DNA of 64,000 nucleotides from an uncultured Myxococcales bacterium (GTDB lineage: Bacteria; Myxococcota_A; UBA9042). Of the stretch, positions 1-9,459 are shown piece after piece; the first letter of the stretch is position 1, and each line of letters begins with the position of its first letter. The notes under the pieces were generated by a model that was not told the DNA's origin, searched no databases, and saw only the letters and a list, made by a program, of their open reading frames with translations. Both the position numbers and the translations under genes were made by a program. The stretch is taken from the NCBI GenBank assembly GCA_903840165.1, contig CAIMEY010000089.1, forward strand, positions 20,313 to 84,312, read 5' to 3'.

Positions 1-3000
1 ATCTGCACAAAAACGCGCCGTGTCACGCACCCGCGGGTCCTGCCCGTGGGCGGCAAGGCGTTGAATACCTTGCGCCAAATCGGCTTGAGAAACGCGGTCA
101 TGGACAGCATCGAGCCACAATCGCCACAAATCGCGCTGGGCAAAGGACCATGTCGAGGAGAATCCCACGTGCTTGCGGGCATCAAACGCCGGTCGGACCA
201 AATCAGCGAGGTTCGTGCCAAATTCTTGCGCCAGAATCGCTAGTTGTTCAGCCTGCGGGTCGACTTCGCTGACCCTAGGCACCGGGGACAAATCGTGCCC
301 AAGGTTTGCTGCCAAGGCACGCACAGACTGCATCAAAGCCCCGTCCGGGCCAGCGATTTTTGCCTCCAGCGCCGCGACAACGGCTGCATCGACGGCCATC
401 GCCGCCCCACTACTGCTTGCCGCAGCCCCGCCCAAGGACCAGCCACGCTCAGCGGCAATGGCGGTCACGAATTGATCAATCCGTTGAACCGCTTCGGCCT
501 TATTGGCTGCCGGTGCCACGGCGACAGTGCCCAGGGCCCCGCCGCGCCCCGACTGACCGTCACGGCCTTCGACCGCAAGAAAATCAAAGACATGAGCCTG
601 CGCTGGTGCAGCCAAGTTCCACGTGTCCGTCAAATGCCCGGCCAGTTCCTTACGAGTCCAGCCGCTACGTGCGAAAAGCTTTTTAATTGCTTCATCTTGC
701 GCAGCACGGAGGTACCGTCCAGGCGCCTGGTATGTGCCGGCCCTTTTGGCGAGTTCGGCCGTGAGCGCTGACAAAGGCTTTTCATGGGCCCCGTCCATGG
801 CACCAGCCTCAAATTCTGACGTAATATCAAGGAGAACCTGGTTGCGTCGCGACGAAACGCCATCGAACAATTCGTCAATGGTTTCCTGATCCCGCAGTTG
901 GTCCGGGCGAACGCGGGCCTGCAATGCGAGCAGACTGCGCAAGGACCGGGCAACGTCCGGCCCAACGTCGGTCACGGCGACCGTGCCACGCGACGGCTGC
1001 GCTGCTGCCGCTTGGATAGGTAATGGGGCAACCGCTGACGATTCAATCGCTTTTGCCTGAGCGGCGGGTGCTTCCACTGCGTCGATGGACGTCGTGACCT
1101 CGGGCCAATCGGCCGGTTCGCCCGCCGCGTCGCGCAGGAAGATCGTCTGGATATCCGCTTCGGCATTGAGGATTTGCACGCCAGCGCTATTTCCCTCCAG
1201 CGAGGTGCGCGCCATGTTGGCCAAGGTTGGCTGATAGCCCACGCCGACTTCGAGCAACCGGCGTACGCCCAGGCCACCCGATTGCTCAGGCGCGACAAGG
1301 ACTTCCTGGGTCTCAATCCAGCGCACGGGACTAGCGAACTGCCACGCCAGCAGTTCGACCAATAGCAGACGGGCCAAGGTCGGAGCTTGGGCCTGATGCG
1401 CCGGCAAATCACGCAATACTTCAAGCAGTTGTGGCGACCCTGTGGCAGCGTGCACCGCGGCAATAAAGTCACGCTCTAGGCTGAACGGCAGCGGCACGAG
1501 GTTGGGCACGTAGCGGTGGATGAGTCGCTCGGGCGGCATGGTCTTGGGCAGCCGCTGGTCCAGCACCGCGCGGAAGGCTGGCACGCCGTCACGCAACACC
1601 TCAGAATGGAAAGGAACATCGATGCCCGGCACTTCCACCCAAGCCGGCCTATCGCCGCGGGTCCGCTCCGCAAGGGCCCGCTGCAGGTGGGCCAGCGCCG
1701 CAACACGCCCTGTCACGGAATACTGGCGATTGCGCACGTTGTAGTTGACAATTTGGACGAATTCGCCGCTTTCCTGCCTCACCTGCGCGACCAAAGCCTC
1801 GGCAGCAGCATGGTCTAAACCTGCGAGATTGGGGCGAATTACCCCCATGCGATAGCCACTCTCGCCACTGGCATCCCGAGGCACCAGCGTATGCATCGCT
1901 AGGCCACGCTGGTAGACGATCTCTACGACCGATTCCAACGGCAAAACGCCCACGTAGGCGGCAAGGGCGTTGTACTCGCCGACGCTATGGCCACAAGCGA
2001 CCGCCGCTTCATCGAGGACGCCGGCTTCACGCATTTCAGCCACTTGGGCCTGCGCCAACACCGCCATCGCGACCTGGGTGAACTGCGTCAGGTTCAGCAC
2101 GCCTGAGGCCAGCAGCCAACGCCGCCCGGACACTACGATTTCTTTGGGATTTTCGCGCACAACTTGCAAAATGGAAAAACCGAGCTCGCGACGTGTGAAA
2201 GCATCTGCCTGATCCCAAACCGATTTTGCCGCCGGCGACCGCTGGTATCCATCCTGGCCCATGCCCTTCTGTTGAATGCCCTGACCGGGAAAAACATAAG
2301 CCGTTCGGGGAGGTAGAACGCTAGCCGTCGCACGCACGACCGACTGGTACTGGCCGTCCTGCAGGGCGGAGACTAGGCACTCGCACTGCGTCTGGCCGTC
2401 CTTAGCACCGATCCGCGCGACTTCAAAGCGTAAATGCGCCCCGGGAGCGACGGGGGCCAAGAAGGCAGCCTGAACCTCCGTCAACCGAGTTACGTCGCCA
2501 CCAGCCAGCGATTCAGCAATCGCTGCATGGGCTTTGGCCGACGTCCACATGCCATGGACGATGGCGCCTGGCAGCCCAGCCAAGCGGGCCGCCGTATCGC
2601 TGCGGTGGATGGGGTTGCGGTCCCCACCGGCCTGAGCAAAGGCGTGCATGGCCAGGGGCGCGCGATCCGCTTTGCGCATCAAGACCTTTCGCGCAACCGC
2701 AGCTCCCGTCTTTGGCGGAGGGGCCAACAGGGACAGAACTTGGGTCACCGGGTGCACGGTGTGGGCATCGTGGCTAGACCACTGCACCTGGCCAACAACC
2801 GTTTCGCCATCAAAAACGGTTGTATAGCAAGCCGTTAAGCTATTGTTATTCCTGGCGATTTCCCGAACGGCATTGCCAGTGAAGCGCAGCGTCGTGCCCG
2901 GCTGCAGGGGCGTGTTTAGGCGCAGCCAAGGCTGTTCGGTCAGCAAGGAAACAGCGGCGGCATCCGGCAAGAAGACTTCCTGCTCTAGGGGCAGGTGTTC

Positions 3001-6000
3001 TCGCAATGAGTACGCGGTATTGCCAAAGTGCCCGCGGACGAAAAACTGCGAGCGCAGCTCGGCTGCCAGCACATCGCCGGCCCGCAGCTCGGCCTGAACG
3101 TGGATGGTTCTACCGGTGGCGGCGTCATCGACGCGAGTTACAAAAGCGCTTGACTTCCATGCGTTTAGACCCTTGCTATACAAGCCTTGAAAGCCTGCAT
3201 GAAGGGCAATTTGCTGGTCCAGGTGAACCAGATTGAGCAAGCCCCCGGCCAGTTCGGGCGCGGCCAGCACCGAGAACATGGGCTGCCACACCAGGGAGAA
3301 GGCGTAATCCGGTGAAATCCCTTGACTTGTGCCGCCCGAGGTCAGCGCCGCGTGGGCGAGCGCCAAGGTGGGCTGGATGACAACATCGGCCTGCGCACGG
3401 AAAAACAGAGGCGTCGCCTGCAGTTGTCCGCCAAAGAGGCCAGTGCGGTAAAAGCCCAGGATGCCTTCTGCAGCCTCTGCTTGGCTGAGGTGAACGGTCC
3501 ATGTGCCGGTGTCGCCGTCGGCCAGGTCGAGGTTCCACGTCAATTGCGCTGTAGGTCCGCCGTCTTGTGCGGGCACTTGCAGTTCAACCCGAACGCGTTC
3601 GCCAATGCAAGTCAGCTCAACGGAATCAGACAATTCCGAAGATATTCTAGGCGCTTGCCAGCGTAGTCGCGCAATACTGCCGCCCTCAGCGTGGTGCAAC
3701 TCCACGGTCGCGCCCGCCTGTCCGTGCAGCAAGGCCTTCAAAGGATTGCGAATTAGGCGCCGACCTGACACCCACGCCGGGGCCAAGAGGCACGCAGCTA
3801 GGGCCGGTGAGACCTGCGCGGCAAGCCACGACTGCCACAGTTCTGCTTGAACAGACTCAGAAAATCGCAAAATCGTCTGGCCGGGCTCAGACTCAACCCG
3901 CACTCGACGGTCAAGCGGGGCATGAGCCACGACGGGCAAGCGTCGGTCCGAAGCATGAACAACAGCTGCCCCATCTGCCTGCAATTGCGCAACAATTGCC
4001 GCGTCAAAGCGCCCAAGAAGCCCAGCCACCGGTTCATCGACGCGGACACCGGCCACGGCCTCGGGCCCAGGAATCACCAGCACCTGATCTGCTGTAAACT
4101 TAGGGTGTTGGGCCTGCCACAGCGAATCCGACTTGAACCAACGGCGCACATCGGCGTCGATTACCGGAACGAAGGGCACTGGCTTGCCCGGGCGTCCGCA
4201 AACCTCGTGGAAATACAAACGATCCGCCGGATGCAGCGGTTCGGTCGCCAGCTGTGGGCAGACCGCGAGCAAACGGTCCAAGACGACCTCAGGCGCGTCA
4301 AAGTCGGCCCAATCTCGCCACACGCGCTGCACAGTCGCCTGATCCGTTTGAGCAAATCGCGCCTGGGCGCGGTCCACCAAGTCTGCCATGCGCTCGCGCC
4401 AAGACCGGTCCAGCCACGGCCCGTCTTCATACAGATCGCCCGAGCCGATGGCCGTCAATTCCTTGAAACGTTGGAGAACTTCCCACCACGTCATCTGCTG
4501 GAGTTCGCCGAAATAGGGCTTGGCCGTGGGCGCCAACGCCGCAATAATTTCGTCATGCCGCTGCCGAACGACGTCCGCCTGGCCCGCTACTTCGTCCAGG
4601 AGCCGACCGCAGCGCGATGCCGAATTGTCCAAATAGTGAATATCTGCGTTGAGTTGACTGCGCCCTGACGTGACACCGCCGCGTACTTGCCCGGCCAGCA
4701 CCCACTCCGGACTCCCTGTGGCCGCCGCCAGGGCCTTTTTGACATCTGCTGTGGCCGTCGCCTCCAAACAGGTCATCGCCAGGGTGCCGAGAAAGACCGC
4801 GTCCACCGGCATCGCCGGCAGTCCTCTTCGCAAAGACCAGGAACCAGTGAGCAATTCGACTGCACGGGCCTCCGTGGCGATACCGCCGCCGACGCACAGC
4901 ACGAGATTGGGCTGCCGACGAATCAAGTGGTACGTATCTACGAGCAATTGCTCAAGATCCTCCCAGCTGTGGTGACCTCCGGCCTTGCCGCCCTCAAGGT
5001 GCAATCCCAGCGTATGATGGCTTGCCGCCTTGGCAATTCGGATGACTTGCTCCACTTGCGCCGTCGTCCCCGGCTTGAAGGCGTTGAGCCAGATGCCGGC
5101 ATCTCGAAATTCATCAAGCAAAGCAACCGCTTCATCCACCTCCGGCAGACCGGCGCTGATGGTCACACCCGCCAGCGGCAGACCGGCGCGACGGGCCTTT
5201 TGCGCCAGTTGACCGCGCTTGACCTGCATATCCCATAGGTAAGGGTCTAAAAACAGGGCGTTTAACGTGAACTCTCGGCCCGGCTGCAACAGTTGGCTGA
5301 GTTCGTCCATCCGCTGCTGCCAGATCTTCTCAGTCACTTGGCCACCGCCGGCCAATTCTGCTGTAAATCCAGCGTTTGCGGCCGCGGCAACGATTCCGGC
5401 ATCGGCAGTGGTCGGCGTCATACCTGGCAAAATGATGGGCGATTGCCCCGTCCAGCGGCTATAGCGATTGTCGACGAGCTGGCGACCATTGGGCAACTGC
5501 AGCAAATTCGGCATAAACGCTTGGTAGTTCAGCGGCGTCTCACCGCTCGCCCCGGCCGAAAATAGACGCCGCCGTCCGACCGGCACCGCAATGGCCACCG
5601 TCTCGATGCCGCGTCCGCGCAAGTTGGCCGCAGTGAGCTTGGCCACACCGTCGCTTGGCCCCAAATCGACAATGAATTCAGGATTATGTTGCATGGCGAC
5701 CGCAGTGACGGTCTCGGTCCAGCGCACGGGCATCAGGAACTGATCCTCGACCAGCCATTGCGTCAAGTGGTTGGCATCACGCGCTTCTTGGTAGGAAGTC
5801 GCCAGAGAAGGCGAATACACCGGCAAGCGCAATTTCTGTGGATCGACGGAAAACCCAATATCAGCAATGGTTTGCCGCATCGCCGCGTGGCCCGCTTGCA
5901 TGTGCGGGCTGTGAAACGGCGCACCGACGGCGAGGTATTCCCATGTCGGCACAACGACTTTGCCAGGTCGGCGCCCTTCCTTCTTGCGTTTGAGCTCCTG

Positions 6001-6843
6001 CGCCGCCTGCGTGCTCAGCTGCTTGTCCAGGCGCTGCAAGGTCGGCACAGGACCGCTGACAACGAAGCGCTGAGCGGTGTTATACAGTGCAATTACAGCG
6101 GCTTGTCCAGGGTCAAGATTGCGATTGACCGCGTCCAAATGTGCCTGCAGTTCGCTGTCACTCAGCCCCGCAACGGCGGCCATGGGCGTGGCGTCGCCCT
6201 GGGGCCCCAGCCCTTTGCCCGACTGCGCCATGTGCAGCCCCTGCCAGATAAAATACTGCAAATACGCCAGGGTACGCGGCAGTGATACGGCAGCAGCCTC
6301 GGTACTCTCAGAAATGAGCAGCGCCGGCATCATGCCCTGCGAATGCCCGAGAACGGCAGCTATTTTTCCGGAGCGCCACACGGCGTCCAAACCGCGCTCC
6401 GCTGCGTCATTCCATCGCAAGATTTGGCAAAGAAAAATAAGCGGTTGCGAGATTTGTGACGAGGCGAGGTAACCGGCGTCTGGACGCAACTCCGCCTGCA
6501 GAATCCAGGCCCGCAGGTCGAGGCCAAAACCGTATAACCCACTGAATTGAAATACGTCTGCAGCAATCCAACCCTGCATAGCTGCACTGGCCGCCTCGAT
6601 CCACGCGCGAGCAGATGCCGATTCCTGCCATAACTCAACAAGTTCTGCGAATGCAGGCCCGCCCTGCCCGGCAAATGCGATCGCAACCCGGCGATCGCCA
6701 TGGACCAGGATCTGCAGCAAGCTCTCGAGTTCATGGGCAGAATGCGGCACACCGTGAACCAGGTGCTGCGCCAGGGGGCCTCCCACGGCCGGTGAGCTAC
6801 GTACGCCTTGAGAATTCGCGACACCAGACGATGAATGAACCAT
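1..6843 (-). CDS. fas: Type-I fatty acid synthase-like megasynthase (FAS-I architecture). The 5' 2281 codons are in the window and the 3' end runs off it.
   Basis: Absent from the ORF track because the frame stays open to the window edge. By-eye reverse-complement translation from the ATG (complement of 6841-6843) reads MVHSSSGVANSQ... with no stop seen. Motifs occur in FAS-I order: acyltransferase GHSQG (6334-6348); FMN/TIM-barrel enoyl reductase HLEGGKAGGHHSWEDL (~4954-5001); MaoC-type dehydratase GGDRNPIH (2605-2628); malonyl/palmitoyl transferase GHSVGE (1975-1992); ACP-like DGVSSRRNQ (~838-864). The KR and KS domains are expected beyond position 1. Confidence 0.85.
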   Translation of the reverse strand, partial: MVHSSSGVANSQGVRSSPAVGGPLAQHLVHGVPHSAHELESLLQILVHGDRRVAIAFAGQGGPAFAELVELWQESASARAWIEAASAAMQGWIAADVFQFSGLYGFGLDLRAWILQAELRPDAGYLASSQISQPLIFLCQILRWNDAAERGLDAVWRSGKIAAVLGHSQGMMPALLISESTEAAAVSLPRTLAYLQYFIWQGLHMAQSGKGLGPQGDATPMAAVAGLSDSELQAHLDAVNRNLDPGQAAVIALYNTAQRFVVSGPVPTLQRLDKQLSTQAAQELKRKKEGRRPGKVVVPTWEYLAVGAPFHSPHMQAGHAAMRQTIADIGFSVDPQKLRLPVYSPSLATSYQEARDANHLTQWLVEDQFLMPVRWTETVTAVAMQHNPEFIVDLGPSDGVAKLTAANLRGRGIETVAIAVPVGRRRLFSAGASGETPLNYQAFMPNLLQLPNGRQLVDNRYSRWTGQSPIILPGMTPTTADAGIVAAAANAGFTAELAGGGQVTEKIWQQRMDELSQLLQPGREFTLNALFLDPYLWDMQVKRGQLAQKARRAGLPLAGVTISAGLPEVDEAVALLDEFRDAGIWLNAFKPGTTAQVEQVIRIAKAASHHTLGLHLEGGKAGGHHSWEDLEQLLVDTYHLIRRQPNLVLCVGGGIATEARAVELLTGSWSLRRGLPAMPVDAVFLGTLAMTCLEATATADVKKALAAATGSPEWVLAGQVRGGVTSGRSQLNADIHYLDNSASRCGRLLDEVAGQADVVRQRHDEIIAALAPTAKPYFGELQQMTWWEVLQRFKELTAIGSGDLYEDGPWLDRSWRERMADLVDRAQARFAQTDQATVQRVWRDWADFDAPEVVLDRLLAVCPQLATEPLHPADRLYFHEVCGRPGKPVPFVPVIDADVRRWFKSDSLWQAQHPKFTADQVLVIPGPEAVAGVRVDEPVAGLLGRFDAAIVAQLQADGAAVVHASDRRLPVVAHAPLDRRVRVESEPGQTILRFSESVQAELWQSWLAAQVSPALAACLLAPAWVSGRRLIRNPLKALLHGQAGATVELHHAEGGSIARLRWQAPRISSELSDSVELTCIGERVRVELQVPAQDGGPTAQLTWNLDLADGDTGTWTVHLSQAEAAEGILGFYRTGLFGGQLQATPLFFRAQADVVIQPTLALAHAALTSGGTSQGISPDYAFSLVWQPMFSVLAAPELAGGLLNLVHLDQQIALHAGFQGLYSKGLNAWKSSAFVTRVDDAATGRTIHVQAELRAGDVLAAELRSQFFVRGHFGNTAYSLREHLPLEQEVFLPDAAAVSLLTEQPWLRLNTPLQPGTTLRFTGNAVREIARNNNSLTACYTTVFDGETVVGQVQWSSHDAHTVHPVTQVLSLLAPPPKTGAAVARKVLMRKADRAPLAMHAFAQAGGDRNPIHRSDTAARLAGLPGAIVHGMWTSAKAHAAIAESLAGGDVTRLTEVQAAFLAPVAPGAHLRFEVARIGAKDGQTQCECLVSALQDGQYQSVVRATASVLPPRTAYVFPGQGIQQKGMGQDGYQRSPAAKSVWDQADAFTRRELGFSILQVVRENPKEIVVSGRRWLLASGVLNLTQFTQVAMAVLAQAQVAEMREAGVLDEAAVACGHSVGEYNALAAYVGVLPLESVVEIVYQRGLAMHTLVPRDASGESGYRMGVIRPNLAGLDHAAAEALVAQVRQESGEFVQIVNYNVRNRQYSVTGRVAALAHLQRALAERTRGDRPAWVEVPGIDVPFHSEVLRDGVPAFRAVLDQRLPKTMPPERLIHRYVPNLVPLPFSLERDFIAAVHAATGSPQLLEVLRDLPAHQAQAPTLARLLLVELLAWQFASPVRWIETQEVLVAPEQSGGLGVRRLLEVGVGYQPTLANMARTSLEGNSAGVQILNAEADIQTIFLRDAAGEPADWPEVTTSIDAVEAPAAQAKAIESSAVAPLPIQAAAAQPSRGTVAVTDVGPDVARSLRSLLALQARVRPDQLRDQETIDELFDGVSSRRNQVLLDITSEFEAGAMDGAHEKPLSALTAELAKRAGTYQAPGRYLRAAQDEAIKKLFARSGWTRKELAGHLTDTWNLAAPAQAHVFDFLAVEGRDGQSGRGGALGTVAVAPAANKAEAVQRIDQFVTAIAAERGWSLGGAAASSSGAAMAVDAAVVAALEAKIAGPDGALMQSVRALAANLGHDLSPVPRVSEVDPQAEQLAILAQEFGTNLADLVRPAFDARKHVGFSSTWSFAQRDLWRLWLDAVHDRVSQADLAQGIQRLAAHGQDPRVRDTARFCAD
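2820..2831 (+). repeat. TTGTATAGCAAG motif copy inside the FAS-I gene
   Basis: Exact 11-mer at 2821-2831, followed by the AT-rich CCGTTAAGCTATTGTTATTCC. Confidence 0.8.
3172..3184 (-). repeat. CTTGTATAGCAAG motif copy (reverse orientation) inside the FAS-I gene
   Basis: The + strand reads CTTGCTATACAAG. This is the only minus-orientation exact copy. Confidence 0.8.
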
Positions 6844-7068
6844 GATTCTCCGAAGTTTTGGCACGGCAGAGGGTTGCACGGGAGGGCGCAACAGGGCCGC
6901 TTAGGCGATGGATTATGTCACAGACTGCCGCACAGCTACAAGTCGGGCACAGTGTTGTATTTTCAGAGTATTACACCGAATCAAAGCGTCAACGCGGTGC
7001 GTCAAAGTGGGCATTTTTGCAGGCAACGGCCAGGCCATGACGCCGCAGTCGAGACGGTGCGCCGTCCA

Positions 7069-9459
7069 TCATAGCCGCATGCGCAAGAGTTCTTCTGGAT
7101 CCGACTTGCATAAGTTCGCAAACTGCATGGACATTTCACCTCGAGCGACCTTCCCCGGTCCCGTGCGCGCCAATGGCTCTGGACAAAACCGCCATATCAA
7201 CGGGCGCTTGTAGGGGGCCACCCGCCCCAGAGCCTGCTCGAGCAAGGGCCAGCACTGCTCCGGCCGCAGCGCAGTGACTAGCCAGGCGCCGACAATCTGC
7301 CCGCGCTCAAAGTCCGGCACGCCGCAGACAATCGCCTCGTCAATGCCAGGGATGCCTATCAAAACCGTTTCAATTTCTTGAGGATAGATGTTCTCGCCGC
7401 CGCTGATGATGATGTCGCTTCGCCTCGCTGCGATCGTAAGCGCGCCACCTTGTAAGTTCGCCCAGTCGCCCGTGTCCAGCCAACCATGGCCAACCTCAGA
7501 TTCTGGCTGCACTTCTTCTCCAGGCAGTTGCGCGTAGCCCGTCATTGATTGCCAGGTGTGCGCGATCAGCCGGCCATACCCATCGTTATCAGGTTGGTCA
7601 ATGCGCAGTTGGACGCCAAGCAGGGGGTGAAGCGTGTTGTCGGCCACGCCGGTAATCGCCACCTGCGCGCAAGTCTCTGTTTGGCCGTAGGTTTGCCTTA
7701 GGGGCAGTCCACGACGGCGGCCCTCGTCAAGCCACTCAGGCGGCACGGGCCCTCCGCCCACCAGCACGCAGCGCAGCGGAGAGTCGATAACATCTTTTGA
7801 TTGTTGGAGAAATCGTTGCAGTTGCAGGCCGACGATGGACGCCTGGGTGAGGGCAAAGCGCTCGCTCAAAGTATGTATAGCAAGCCCTGAACTACCTGAA
7901 CTTACAACCAAAGTTCCGACACCGACCGCCGCACGCGCCGCCACCATCAGCCCGCCCACGTGGCACAGGGGCAGAGGGCACAGCCATACATCATCCGCCG
8001 TGGCCCCGACCGCATCCAGGCTCGCCGCGACTGCATACCAAAGGCTAAAGTGACTAATTCGACACAGTTTTTGCCGACCAGTGGTCCCTGACGTCGGCAG
8101 CCAGAGTGCGTCGGCCGTCGCGTCCATGGCCGGCATGACATAGGAAATCGGCGAGGGTTCAAGCTGTTCGGGAGCAATGACGAGACCGTGGGCATGTGGG
8201 TGTCGCCGGTCGGTCAACAAGACCCGGGGACGCGTTCGCGCCAGTAATTCGTCTACTTCTGCTGTAGTTGCGCGGGGATGGATGGGCAGCCACACCGCCC
8301 CGAGTCGCCATGCCGCCCATTGTGCGGGCAGCAGCAACGCCGCATCATCGGCCCAAGCTGCCACGATTTCGCCAGCTAACACGCCGGCTTGACTGATCAA
8401 TCGAGCGATCGCATGGCCTTGTGCATCTAGCTGCTTCCAGGTCCAATCGATGTTGCGGTCGGCGTCGCGCAGCGCCAAACGGTCAGGCTGATACCGCGCG
8501 GCCCGGGCAAGCCCGTCGGACATTCGCCACATCATTTGCAATGTCGGCAGGTTATCAGACATGCGCAGCTGCCCTGCGGGCTGTCCCGGCACCCCAAGAC
8601 CACATGCGCGCAACCTCCCAGGCGCGACCGCCGCCAGCGCGTGCAGGGCGCTGCGACCAACCGGCCCATCAAAGAGCGAACTAATGACAAGGTCACAGGA
8701 AAGCTTGGACAAGGCTTGGGCAAACTGGAGAAATCGGCCAATCGACCCGAGCAAAGCGGGCTTGACGACCGCCACCGCCACGGCACCTCGAGCGGCGAGG
8801 GCAAGCACAGATTCTGGCGAACTATCAAGGAGATCAGCAGCGAGGGGCACGGCGCTTGAATTCGGCCAGTCCGCTACGGCCGTCGGGTCCTCTACATATT
8901 CAACGCCTTGCGCTGCCTCAAGGAGGGCCGCCAGATCAGCAGGCGGTCGTCCCTGCCAGCCGCCGTTGACGTCAAGCCGCAATTGCAGGCCGTTGGCACG
9001 AACCATCGCAACAAATTCAGCAAGTTCTTTGGGATCGGCGCTGGTCCACTTGACCTTGACGTGGCGATCCCCCGCGGCTGCCAGGGACGCCCAAATCGCG
9101 GGGTCGAAGGTTGCTGCCACGACGGTCTGAGCGACAACCTCTGGACGCGGTGGCACCGTACTATCCGGATATTGCAGATGAAGCCACTGGGCAAGGCCCA
9201 TGTTGGCCTGACACGCCTGCAGAGCATGAAGCGCAACGTCCCGGGCAAAGGCAACGATTGTGGCGTGGTGTCTGGAATCACGAGGCAAGTCAGGCGCTTC
9301 GCCGGCGCAGAGGTGAATGCCGTCGCTCACCAAGTGCAGATCGCTTCCCGTAGATCCCGTTTCTCCACGGCTACTTGCAAGCAGCGCCCCTTCGCCGTGC
9401 CAACGCTGCGCGGGCAACCAGGTAACCTGTGGCGCGTCAGGCCCGACTAGCACAGCCAC
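7069..9459 (-). CDS. menE: Fusion of an o-succinylbenzoate synthase-like enolase-superfamily domain (MenC) with o-succinylbenzoate-CoA ligase (MenE)
   Basis: 796-aa ORF. The N-terminal ~300 aa carry KVKW, LRLDVNGGW, VEYVEDP and VVKP, as in MenC/MLE-type enzymes. The C-terminal ~490 aa carry the AMP-binding motifs LPTSGTTGRQK, TYGQTE, GWLDTGD and SGGENIYPQEIE. No stop codon lies between the two halves. Confidence 0.8.
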   Translation of the reverse strand: MAVLVGPDAPQVTWLPAQRWHGEGALLASSRGETGSTGSDLHLVSDGIHLCAGEAPDLPRDSRHHATIVAFARDVALHALQACQANMGLAQWLHLQYPDSTVPPRPEVVAQTVVAATFDPAIWASLAAAGDRHVKVKWTSADPKELAEFVAMVRANGLQLRLDVNGGWQGRPPADLAALLEAAQGVEYVEDPTAVADWPNSSAVPLAADLLDSSPESVLALAARGAVAVAVVKPALLGSIGRFLQFAQALSKLSCDLVISSLFDGPVGRSALHALAAVAPGRLRACGLGVPGQPAGQLRMSDNLPTLQMMWRMSDGLARAARYQPDRLALRDADRNIDWTWKQLDAQGHAIARLISQAGVLAGEIVAAWADDAALLLPAQWAAWRLGAVWLPIHPRATTAEVDELLARTRPRVLLTDRRHPHAHGLVIAPEQLEPSPISYVMPAMDATADALWLPTSGTTGRQKLCRISHFSLWYAVAASLDAVGATADDVWLCPLPLCHVGGLMVAARAAVGVGTLVVSSGSSGLAIHTLSERFALTQASIVGLQLQRFLQQSKDVIDSPLRCVLVGGGPVPPEWLDEGRRRGLPLRQTYGQTETCAQVAITGVADNTLHPLLGVQLRIDQPDNDGYGRLIAHTWQSMTGYAQLPGEEVQPESEVGHGWLDTGDWANLQGGALTIAARRSDIIISGGENIYPQEIETVLIGIPGIDEAIVCGVPDFERGQIVGAWLVTALRPEQCWPLLEQALGRVAPYKRPLIWRFCPEPLARTGPGKVARGEMSMQFANLCKSDPEELLRMRL
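7874..7916 (+). repeat. TGTATAGCAAG motif copy plus hairpin inside the menC/menE gene
   Basis: Exact 11-mer at 7874-7884. Direct repeat CCTGAACT at 7886-7893 and 7895-7902. Inverted repeat GAACTT-N7-AAGTTC at 7898-7916. Confidence 0.75.

Noticed and set aside
46-6845. Dozens of 60-273-aa ORFs on both strands in the first 6.8 kb, for example 3847-4668 (+), 5686-6285 (+) and 6360-6824 (-)
   Set aside because: All lie inside or opposite the single long minus-strand FAS-I frame. Their translations are Arg/Ala/Pro-rich shadow sequences typical of off-frame reading of GC-rich coding DNA.
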